Origin: Vulcanimicrobiota bacterium
GTDB lineage: Bacteria > Vulcanimicrobiota > Vulcanimicrobiia > Eremiobacterales > Eremiobacteraceae
NCBI GenBank assembly: GCA_963805945.1
Contig: CAWDVP010000006.1
Coordinates: forward strand, 416,001 to 480,000
Reading direction: 5' to 3'
DNA length: 64,000 nt
The position numbers and the translations under genes were made by a program. The notes under the pieces were generated by a model. The model was not told the origin of the DNA. It saw only the letters and a list, made by a program, of their open reading frames with translations, and did no database searches. Shown piece by piece: positions 30,318-38,321 of this stretch; the first letter of the stretch is position 1; every line of letters begins with the position of its first letter.

Positions 30318-31652
30318 TTACGCCCTGCTCTTTGGTGTGTACCCCTCCCGCGTCGGAATGGTCTGCGCGGCAAGCTTCGCCGGCGCGTCGCTCTGATCGC
30401 ATGGCTCCAGGGTCTCGCTTGCCGGCACGATCGCGTTGATCTTGAAGAACTGATTGGGGAATTTCCACTGCGATTTCGGGATCGCCTCGGTCACAAGCAC
30501 GTCGAGCTCGTTTTGATGGTCGCACGCCCGGATGTGGCAGAACTTCTTCTGCAGCCCATTGAACGTGAGGTCTTCCATCGCATGCGCGAGTTTCGTCGCA
30601 TCCGTCGTGCCGGCACGCAGGATCCCGGTGATGGCCGCTTCAGCGGCGAGCCAGCCGAGGTACATGCGCCAGTCGACGTATTGCGCGCCAGCGGCCTTCA
30701 GCTTGTCGCCGAGCTGCTTCGAGCCTTCGGTCGGGTAGTCGGGTGCCCAGGGCGCTCCCCAGATGCCTCGATTGTTCTCCGCACCGTAACCGAGCGCGAC
30801 CTCGACGCCGTTGAGCGGTCCGCCGACCTGCTTGAAGACCTTGTCGAGGCCCAGCTGGACGTATTGCTTGATGCCGTTGACCAGATCGCCGCCGTACCAG
30901 CTCAGCACGAGCACGTCTGCGCCGCTGTTCTTGGCCTTGGTGAGCTGCGCGGTGAAGTCGCCCGAGTTGACCGGGAACGCGGTGAGCTCGTTGCCGAGCG
31001 ATTTGCCGCCATTCGCCTCGAGCACTGTCTGGAAACCAGCTTGCGCCGAGTGTCCATACGCATAGTCCGGCGTGATGAAAAACCATTTTTTGCCGTATGG
31101 CAGCAGCGCTTTTGCCGTCGCATTCGCGAGCATCGAGTTCGCTGCTGTCGTACGGAAGCAGCACAAGCGAGCATTGCTGCCGGTGATCGTCGTGTCGTGC
31201 GTACCCGCCGCGACGTAGACGATGCCGAGCCGCTGCGCGAGCGCCGAGAGCGCCAGGCCGACGCCTGATGACACCTCGCCGACGAGCACGTCGACCTTGT
31301 CCTGTTCGATGAGTTTGGTGGCGTTGGGAACCGCGACGTCAGGCTTGGCGGCGGTGTCCGCATGGACGAGCTGGATCTGACGCCCGAGCACACCGCCGCG
31401 CGCGTTCCACTCGGCGACGGCGACCTTCTTGCCGAGCGACTGGCTCGATCCGGACACCGCATAGACCCCGCTCGTCTCGTCGACATCGCCGATGAGGATC
31501 GGCGCGTTGTCCGCGACGACAGCGGGCGCGTAACCCAGCGACGTCGCGACGCCCGCTCCCGCTCCGGCGACCGCAGCGGCGGCCGTGCCGACGCCGGCGA
31601 GAAAATCCTTACGTGACAGCGACGGCTTCGGAGAGTCTTCGGAATGTGCCAT
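30318..31652 (-). CDS. ABC substrate-binding protein (LivK/LivJ-like fold), Tat-like signal
   Basis: SRKDFLAG signal; NARGGVLGRQI, DYAYG, IRACDHQ; first gene of the liv operon. Confidence 0.87.
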   Translation of the reverse strand: MAHSEDSPKPSLSRKDFLAGVGTAAAAVAGAGAGVATSLGYAPAVVADNAPILIGDVDETSGVYAVSGSSQSLGKKVAVAEWNARGGVLGRQIQLVHADTAAKPDVAVPNATKLIEQDKVDVLVGEVSSGVGLALSALAQRLGIVYVAAGTHDTTITGSNARLCCFRTTAANSMLANATAKALLPYGKKWFFITPDYAYGHSAQAGFQTVLEANGGKSLGNELTAFPVNSGDFTAQLTKAKNSGADVLVLSWYGGDLVNGIKQYVQLGLDKVFKQVGGPLNGVEVALGYGAENNRGIWGAPWAPDYPTEGSKQLGDKLKAAGAQYVDWRMYLGWLAAEAAITGILRAGTTDATKLAHAMEDLTFNGLQKKFCHIRACDHQNELDVLVTEAIPKSQWKFPNQFFKINAIVPASETLEPCDQSDAPAKLAAQTIPTREGYTPKSRA

Positions 31653-31798
31653 GACGACCTCTTTCCTTGTGACGACCGGGCGGCAGAGTTGCGAAAAACG
31701 CCGCCTTGTGACGGGCGCCGTCCGTGCGAAAACAGCGTACGAAAAACGTTGGCAGGAGTATTATGCCCGCCTTAAGCGGTCTCCTACGGCCTGCTTCC

Positions 31799-32833
31799 TT
31801 AGTCGGGGTGCAGGGGTTGGGTCGGCAGCATGCCGGGCGCCGGCACCGGACCGCCGGGCTTGATGCCGCGCATCATGTCATTCCAGGCGCGCGCGATGGC
31901 CGGGTAGATCGTCGACAGACGATGGGTGCCCTCTGCTTGCTCGTAGTATGCTGACGGGATGCCCGCTTGGCGCAGCTGCTGCGCGACGAAGCGCATGTAC
32001 GAGTTGGGGATGACGGCGTCTCGGACCCCCGACACGATGTACACCGGCTTGCCGGTGAACGTGTCGAACACCGCGTCGCGGTCGCCGTTGTTCGGACCGC
32101 CCGCGATCGCGAGGAAGCCGGCCCACTCCTGGACCCGCTTCGGTCCTACCTGGTAGACGCCATAACCGCCCATCGAGTAGCCGACGAGGAACGTTCGGTG
32201 CGGGTCGATGGTGAACGCCTGCTTCGCCGCCTCGAGCGCCGCGTACACGTCGGCCGGCGCCGGGTCTTCATACTGGATGTCGCCGCGGCCATACGGCGCG
32301 ATGATGATCGTGCCGGTAGCGTCCGAGAGCTGCCGGAAGTATTTTATGGCGAGGATCTCGCTTTCCGTCTGCGTGCGCCCGTGCAGCAGGACGACCAGTG
32401 ACGCCTGGTGCCCGGCCTGATACGACGGCGGCACGTACAGCGCCGCCGGCTGCATCGATCCATCATATGGGGAGCGCACGAGGACCTCATCGAGGCCGCG
32501 CACCTGGGCGAGATCGTGGAACTTCCCGGTGGCCAGCTGGTCGACCGCCGAGGCGGTCAGTCTCACGTCGAGCGCCTGCCAATCGGCGTACTCCTGCGCG
32601 CTCATGACAGATGGGTCGGGAAAGTCGTCGAGGCCGCCGAGATCCTCATCGAGCCGCCCTTCGAGGATGACAGCGACGTGCGAGCGTCGCTCCACGTCGC
32701 TGAAGTTGTCGACGAGCTGCTTGTGGGCGGCCTGAATCGCCGTCCGGGTCTGCGCGAGCGTGGTCTGCGGGCCCGGCTCGGCGATCTGCGCCTGCAAGAG
32801 CAGCGCGGCGACCGTCACCGAGGCGAGGAACAT
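31799..32833 (-). CDS. Secreted alpha/beta-hydrolase (esterase)
   Basis: LYVPPSY, VLLHG, nucleophile elbow GYSMGG, G.RD.VI, GTH. Confidence 0.8.
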   Translation of the reverse strand: MFLASVTVAALLLQAQIAEPGPQTTLAQTRTAIQAAHKQLVDNFSDVERRSHVAVILEGRLDEDLGGLDDFPDPSVMSAQEYADWQALDVRLTASAVDQLATGKFHDLAQVRGLDEVLVRSPYDGSMQPAALYVPPSYQAGHQASLVVLLHGRTQTESEILAIKYFRQLSDATGTIIIAPYGRGDIQYEDPAPADVYAALEAAKQAFTIDPHRTFLVGYSMGGYGVYQVGPKRVQEWAGFLAIAGGPNNGDRDAVFDTFTGKPVYIVSGVRDAVIPNSYMRFVAQQLRQAGIPSAYYEQAEGTHRLSTIYPAIARAWNDMMRGIKPGGPVPAPGMLPTQPLHPD

Positions 32834-32923
32834 GCCGCCTTTCTTCTCCGATAATGAAACCTTACCCCTTGCCTGCTAGTATACTTCGGCGTCAGCAGTC
32901 ACGGCGAAAGGAGACACTTTCAG

Positions 32924-33436
32924 ATGTTTGCAGGCACCTCCACGAGCGTCCGTCGGATCATGACGGCCGCGGCGGCGTTCGCATTGCTCGCGGCGCTCGC
33001 GAGCACATCCCCGGCCGGCGCAGCAGCCGCACCGACCCCGGACGCCGGCGGCGGCTGCGGCAGCGTCACCATCGGATCGTCCGGCAGCGCCGACGTCCTC
33101 AAAGCAGAGAACTGCTTCTCCCACGCATATGCATCGTGCGACGATGCTCGGTTCTCGGTGGCCTTCCAGGGCGCCGACGCGGGCGTCGCGCGCACATTCG
33201 TCACCCTGCGCAACGATAGCAACTCGACGTGTCAAGTGGCTGAGGTCGTCGATCATCTCAAGGGTGCCACGGTCGCGTCGAGCGACACGTATCTCTGCAG
33301 CGACGCCAGGCAGAGCAGCGACGGTCTCACGTTCAAGAACTGCGGCGCCGAGGGCGACGTCTGGGTGCCTGCCGACCTCACGTCGGCGAGCGCGAAGCGC
33401 CTTCTGACGATCGCGTTCGCACCTGGCCTCATGTAG
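32924..33436 (+). CDS. Secreted Cys-rich hypothetical protein
   Basis: RBS AAGGAG; Ala-rich signal peptide; six Cys in mature region. Confidence 0.7.
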   Translation: MFAGTSTSVRRIMTAAAAFALLAALASTSPAGAAAAPTPDAGGGCGSVTIGSSGSADVLKAENCFSHAYASCDDARFSVAFQGADAGVARTFVTLRNDSNSTCQVAEVVDHLKGATVASSDTYLCSDARQSSDGLTFKNCGAEGDVWVPADLTSASAKRLLTIAFAPGLM

Positions 33437-33444
33437 GCGACGTA

Positions 33445-33516
33445 TGTAGGGGTCGATCTTCAGATCGACCCTCCCTGGACCACGACGAAGGGACGACCGA
33501 AAGGTTGTCCCTTACA
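33445..33516. repeat. Inverted REP doublet between convergent genes
   Basis: Plus TGTAG-GGGTCGATC-TTCA-GATCGACCC (33445-33471); minus TGTAA-GGGACAACC-TTTC-GGTCGTCCC (33490-33516) containing the murQ stop. Confidence 0.8.
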
Positions 33517-34417
33517 TTTTGGTCGCAAGCGCGCGGCGCAGGCTGCCGCTGTGTGAGGCGAGCAGCGCACGCGCCGTCGCGACGTCGCAGACGCGGCGCA
33601 GCATGACCACGGATTCTTTGACACGACCGCCGCTCGCGGCGAGCGCCCTGGCGGCTTCTTCTTCTGTTGCCCCAGCGAGCAGCATCGTGATGCGGAGCGC
33701 TCTGGCGCGCAGCTTCGCGTTCGCAGCCGCGACGTCCACCATGAGATTGCCGTGCACCCGGCCCAGCTTGACCATCACGGCCGTGCTGATCGTATGGAGC
33801 GCCATCTTCTGCGCGCTCGCCGCCTTCATACGCGTGGAACCGGCGATCACTTCCGCGCCGGTGCGCAAGACGATGGGTATCTGCACAGCGCTCGCGAGCG
33901 GCGTACGTTCGCTATTGGTCACGCCGATCGTCAGCGCGCCGGCGGCCTGGGCCGCGCGAAGCGCGCCGAGCACGAAGGGCGCCGCTCCGCTCGCCGAGAG
34001 CCCGATCACCGCGTCTGCGGCCCCAATCCGCGCGGCCGCGACCTCCGCCGCCCCGGCCGCCGCATCGTCCTCCGCGCCTTCGACCGCTCCGGCGACTGCC
34101 GCGCTGCCGCCCGCGATGTGCGCGACGACGAGTTCGCCGGCGGAGAACGTCGGACCGATCTCGGCCGCGTCGAGGACCCCGAGCCGCCCGCTCGTGCCGG
34201 CGCCGAAATAATGCAGCGTGCCGCCGGCGCCAAGGCGCTGCGCGATCGCATCGACCGCGGTTCCGATGACGTCGAGCTCGCGCTCGACCGCCCATGCGGC
34301 TCTCCGATCCTCGTCGTTGATGCGATGCAGCAGTTCGTGCGTGTCGAGCAGGTCGAGGTCGGCCGACGACGGGTTGGCGGCCTCGGTGAGCGGCAGCTCC
34401 TCCATCACCGGCGCCAC
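33512..34417 (-). CDS. murQ: N-acetylmuramic acid 6-phosphate etherase
   Basis: TE..NP, GAGTSGRLGVLDAAE, VEGAED, GSTRMKA, GNLMVDV. Confidence 0.93.
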   Translation of the reverse strand: MAPVMEELPLTEAANPSSADLDLLDTHELLHRINDEDRRAAWAVERELDVIGTAVDAIAQRLGAGGTLHYFGAGTSGRLGVLDAAEIGPTFSAGELVVAHIAGGSAAVAGAVEGAEDDAAAGAAEVAAARIGAADAVIGLSASGAAPFVLGALRAAQAAGALTIGVTNSERTPLASAVQIPIVLRTGAEVIAGSTRMKAASAQKMALHTISTAVMVKLGRVHGNLMVDVAAANAKLRARALRITMLLAGATEEEAARALAASGGRVKESVVMLRRVCDVATARALLASHSGSLRRALATKM

Positions 34418-34421
34418 CGCA

Positions 34422-35600
34422 TCAGGTTTGCCATATGCCGCGCATCAGCAACGCGAAGTTCTTGCCGGGCGCGATGGTGCCCATCACCACGGGATGGCGG
34501 GCTCCGGTCGCCGACGGCAGGTTGTTGGCGCGGCCGTGCAGCGCCTCGTACCCGAGCACGGCGAACGCCATCGCCTCCTTCGCGTCCACCGGCATGCCGA
34601 ACGCGTCCGAACGCTCGATGACCGCGCGCACCGAGCGCTTGCTCAGCTCTTCTTCGAGCGCGGTCATCAGCGCGCGATTATGCACGCCGCCGCCCGAGAC
34701 CACGAGCAGCGCGCAATCGCGCGGCACGGCGGCGGCGATGGTGCGCGCGGTAAGCGTGGTGACGGTGGCGATCAAATTCGGTCCCGTGACGCCGAGATTA
34801 GCGGCGCGCTGGAACACATCGCCGGCATAGGCCTCGCCGAACTCCTCGCGTCCGGTTGACTTGGGCGACGGGCGCCGGAACCACGCGTTCTCCATGAGCT
34901 CGTCGAGCAGCACCTCGGACACGCGGCCGCTCAGGCCGATGGCACCACCGCGATCGTAGCGCTGCACGCCATGCGTCTCGAAGCGCACGCATGCGTCGAT
35001 GAGCATGTTGCCCGGGCCGGTGTCGAACGCCCGCACATGCTCCGGGCCGCATCCCGCGGGCAGCCACGTCACGTTGGCGATCCCGCCGATATTAAGCGCC
35101 ATGCGGCTCTCGGTGGGGCTCGTGAGCAGGAGGTGATCGACGAACGGCACGAGCGGCGCGCCCTCACCGCCGGCCGCGACATCGGCGACGCGGAAGTCCC
35201 CGACGCTCGTGATGCCGGTGGCCTCGGCGATGATCGCGGGCGAACCGATCTGCAGGGTGGCGCGCGTCTCCGTGCTGCCCGTCGTCATATGGTACAGCGT
35301 CTGACCGTGCGAGGCGATCGCGTGAACGCCGCTGAGTTCGATGCTGTTGCGCTGCGCGAGCCGCAGCGCCGCTTCCGCGAACGCATCGCCGACCCGCACG
35401 TTGAGCGCGCAGACGTCGCGCGTGCTGCCCGTCCGCGGCGGCAACGCCGACTCGAGCGCGGCGCGCAATTCCGTCGCATAGGGGACCGTCGCGTGGCAGA
35501 GCAGCGCGACGTCGAGCGTATCGCCGTGGCGCTCGACGTCCACCGCCGCGGCGTCGATGCCGTCGAGCGACGTGCCCGACATCAGCCCGATGATGCGCAT
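34422..35600 (-). CDS. anmK: Anhydro-N-acetylmuramic acid kinase
   Basis: IGLMSGTSLDGID, SHGQT, GGEGAPL, NIGGIAN, FDTGPGN, PKSTGRE. Confidence 0.94.
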   Translation of the reverse strand: MRIIGLMSGTSLDGIDAAAVDVERHGDTLDVALLCHATVPYATELRAALESALPPRTGSTRDVCALNVRVGDAFAEAALRLAQRNSIELSGVHAIASHGQTLYHMTTGSTETRATLQIGSPAIIAEATGITSVGDFRVADVAAGGEGAPLVPFVDHLLLTSPTESRMALNIGGIANVTWLPAGCGPEHVRAFDTGPGNMLIDACVRFETHGVQRYDRGGAIGLSGRVSEVLLDELMENAWFRRPSPKSTGREEFGEAYAGDVFQRAANLGVTGPNLIATVTTLTARTIAAAVPRDCALLVVSGGGVHNRALMTALEEELSKRSVRAVIERSDAFGMPVDAKEAMAFAVLGYEALHGRANNLPSATGARHPVVMGTIAPGKNFALLMRGIWQT

Positions 35601-36680
35601 CTACGCGGCCTCGCTCGTCGCGCAGGCGACGACCTCGTCGTGCAGCGCTACGCGCAGATCCGCGATCGGTCCGGGCTCGCGCGAGAGGTAGACCCGATTG
35701 GTGAGCAGGACGACGGTGAGCTCGCGCGCCGGGTCGACGAACACCGATGTGCCGGTGTAGCCGGTGTGCCCGAATGACTCCGCGGAGAGCTTGTGCCCCC
35801 ACGGTCTGGCATCGGCAGGCTTAAGCGCCCAACCGAGGCCGCGGCGTTCACCATTGCCCGCTGCTTGTTCGCGGATCGCCGCGAGCGCTGTCGGCCGCAG
35901 CAGCATTGGTCGGCCGGCGGCCTGGCCGACCTCGCGATACATCTCGGCGAGTCGAGCGACGTCGTGCACGGTGCCGAACAGCCCCGCATGGCCCGCGACG
36001 CCGCCCATGGACCAGCATGTCTCGTCGTGCACCTCGCCGCACAGCAGGCGGCCGCGCCACGCGTCGCGCTCGGTGCAGACGACGCGCGCGAGCAGTTCGC
36101 CCTGCGGCCGATAACCGCACGTCGAGATCGCCAGCGGGTCGAACACCATGCTCTGCAGCGCGAGCGGCAGCGCCAGCCCGGAGAGCCGCGCGACCGCTTC
36201 ACCGAGCAGGATGAAGCCGCAATCGCTGTAGACGACCACCTCGCCCGGCGCGTGCACGAGCGGTGTCGCACAGGCGCGCTCGATGACGTGCGCGGCGTCG
36301 ACCTCCGCCCGCGCGTTGACGCTCGGCGGCAATCCCGATGTGTGGCTCAGCAGATGGCGGTAGGTGACCGCCTTTCGTCGCGGGTCGCGGCCGGCGAAGC
36401 GCGGGAACGTCTCGAGGATGGAGTCGTCGAGCGCGAACGTACGGCGGTCGAGCAGCACGAGCATCGCGGTGGTGACGGCGATCTTGGTGAGCGAGGCGAG
36501 ATCGAAGAGCGCATCCAGCATCGCGATCGGGCCGCCAGGCGACGATTCGCCGAAGGCCCCCTCGCAGACGATCGCTCCGGCCTGTCGCACCTGCACGACG
36601 GCGCACGAGCACACGCTGCCGATGGCCTCTTCGACCATGCGCAGCACCGCGCTGAAACGCTCCGGACCGCGCTCGCTCAC
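35601..36680 (-). CDS. Serine hydrolase, beta-lactamase family (probable muropeptide amidase/esterase)
   Basis: FDLASLTK (SxxK), LLSHTSGL, YSD, GEVHDE, GHAGLF, GHTGYTG; inside recycling operon. Confidence 0.85.
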   Translation of the reverse strand: MSERGPERFSAVLRMVEEAIGSVCSCAVVQVRQAGAIVCEGAFGESSPGGPIAMLDALFDLASLTKIAVTTAMLVLLDRRTFALDDSILETFPRFAGRDPRRKAVTYRHLLSHTSGLPPSVNARAEVDAAHVIERACATPLVHAPGEVVVYSDCGFILLGEAVARLSGLALPLALQSMVFDPLAISTCGYRPQGELLARVVCTERDAWRGRLLCGEVHDETCWSMGGVAGHAGLFGTVHDVARLAEMYREVGQAAGRPMLLRPTALAAIREQAAGNGERRGLGWALKPADARPWGHKLSAESFGHTGYTGTSVFVDPARELTVVLLTNRVYLSREPGPIADLRVALHDEVVACATSEAA

Positions 36681-38242
36681 GGCGCGCTCGACGCCACATG
36701 CGGCGCGGCGATCGTGACCGGTGCACGGCCGGGCGCCTGTGTCCGACCGAGCAGCACGTCGGCGGCGGCAGCGAGCGCTGCATCGTCATCGCCGAACGAG
36801 GCGACGACCGCGACGGTTTCGGGGAGCACGGCCGCATCGTAGGGTCCCAACGCCGCGACCGCGATCGTCGGTTTGCCGTACAGCGCGAGGTCGGCCGCCA
36901 AACGCGCTTGCAGCGGGTGGCGCAGCGCGTCGCGCGTAACGATGACGAAGGCGTCCGCCGACGCTGCCGCTAGTAGCGCCTGTTTGTATTCCTGCCCGGC
37001 CGGATCGAGACTGCGCAGCTGCTCGCTGACGTGCGCGCCGCCGGCCGCCAGCGTCTTGCCGAACGCGCTGCTCACGCGCGCGCTCGAAGGCTGGCCGCCG
37101 CCGGCGATGCAGTTGATCACGAGGATGCGTGCGTCCGGCGACCCCGGCAGCGGCGGCACGCCGCCGGCGCCACGGAGCAGCGTGATGGCACGTCGCGCCG
37201 CCTCCTTGAAGATGTCTGTAGCGGGCGGATCTTTAGATCCGCCCTGGCGTTCAGCATATCGCATGCGCAGCGCGTCGACGCGCGCCAAGCTTGCGGTCAC
37301 CCGCTCCGGGTCGAGCCGACCTTCGCGCAGCGCGCGGCCAAGCGCGTCGCGCGCCGCGCGCGCCGCATCGAGCGAATGCGAGAACAGCACGAGGTCCGCG
37401 CCGGCTTGGACGGCGAGCACGGCTGCTTCGCCGAGCGGATAGCGCTGCGCCACGGCCTGCATCTCCATGTCGTCGGTGCAGATGACGCCGTCGAACGACA
37501 ACTCGTGCCGCAGGATGTCGGTGAGGATGACGTGCGACAGCGTCGCCGGCGCGCCGCTTCGGTCCACGGCGGGCAGCCCGACGTGTGCGGTCATCACCAC
37601 GTCGACGCCCGCGTCGATCGCGGCACGGAACGGCACGAATTCGCGCGCTCGAAGGCGTTCGAGATCGCTGACCACGCTGGGAAGACCGGTGTGTGAATCG
37701 TCCTCTGTGTCGCCGTGGCCGGGGAAGTGTTTGGCGCATGAACCGATGCCGGCGTCGTGCAGCCCGTGCACGGCTGCGGTGACGTGCCGAGCGACGGCGT
37801 GCGGATCGTCGCCGAAAGAACGCAGTCCGATCACCGGATTGAGCGGATTGGTGTTGACGTCGGCGACCGGAGCGAGATCGAGCATGATGCCGAGCGCGGC
37901 GGCTTCTGCTCCGATCCGCGCATGCACGGCGCGCGTGAGCTCGACGTCATCGGCGGCGCCCAGCGCCATGGCCGAGGGTGGATGCGAGCCGGCTGCGCCG
38001 AGCCGCTCGACCACGCCGCCTTCTTGATCCACGGCGATGAGCAGCGGCTTGCATCGAGCGGCGCGCGCTGCCGCCTGCAAGGCGCCGGTCAGCGCGACGG
38101 TCGTTTCGGAGCCATCGATATTCGGGCGAAAGAGGATGGCTCCGGCGGTTCCGGCAATGAAATCCAACGTCCCGGCCGATGGGGACGCTCCTTCGAAACC
38201 GACCAAGAGCAGACCGCCTATCCGGTCCGCGAGCGCCTCCAT
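36677..38242 (-). CDS. nagZ: Beta-N-acetylhexosaminidase (GH3)
   Basis: VDQEGG, APVADV, RSFG, KHFPGHGDTEDDSH, TDDMEM; two-domain form. Confidence 0.9.
   Translation of the reverse strand: MEALADRIGGLLLVGFEGASPSAGTLDFIAGTAGAILFRPNIDGSETTVALTGALQAAARAARCKPLLIAVDQEGGVVERLGAAGSHPPSAMALGAADDVELTRAVHARIGAEAAALGIMLDLAPVADVNTNPLNPVIGLRSFGDDPHAVARHVTAAVHGLHDAGIGSCAKHFPGHGDTEDDSHTGLPSVVSDLERLRAREFVPFRAAIDAGVDVVMTAHVGLPAVDRSGAPATLSHVILTDILRHELSFDGVICTDDMEMQAVAQRYPLGEAAVLAVQAGADLVLFSHSLDAARAARDALGRALREGRLDPERVTASLARVDALRMRYAERQGGSKDPPATDIFKEAARRAITLLRGAGGVPPLPGSPDARILVINCIAGGGQPSSARVSSAFGKTLAAGGAHVSEQLRSLDPAGQEYKQALLAAASADAFVIVTRDALRHPLQARLAADLALYGKPTIAVAALGPYDAAVLPETVAVVASFGDDDAALAAAADVLLGRTQAPGRAPVTIAAPHVASSAP
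37217..37244 (+). repeat. REP-like palindrome in frame in the nagZ interdomain linker
   Basis: TGTAG-C-GGGCGGATC-TTTA-GATCCGCCC; read on minus as QGGSKDPPAT. Confidence 0.78.
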
Positions 38243-38321
38243 GCCTGCCTCTCCCGGTAGCCACACGGGTCGCGGCCCGCCGTCACCGTCTCGTACAAGA
38301 ACGCGCGCCGCACCCCCTCTC

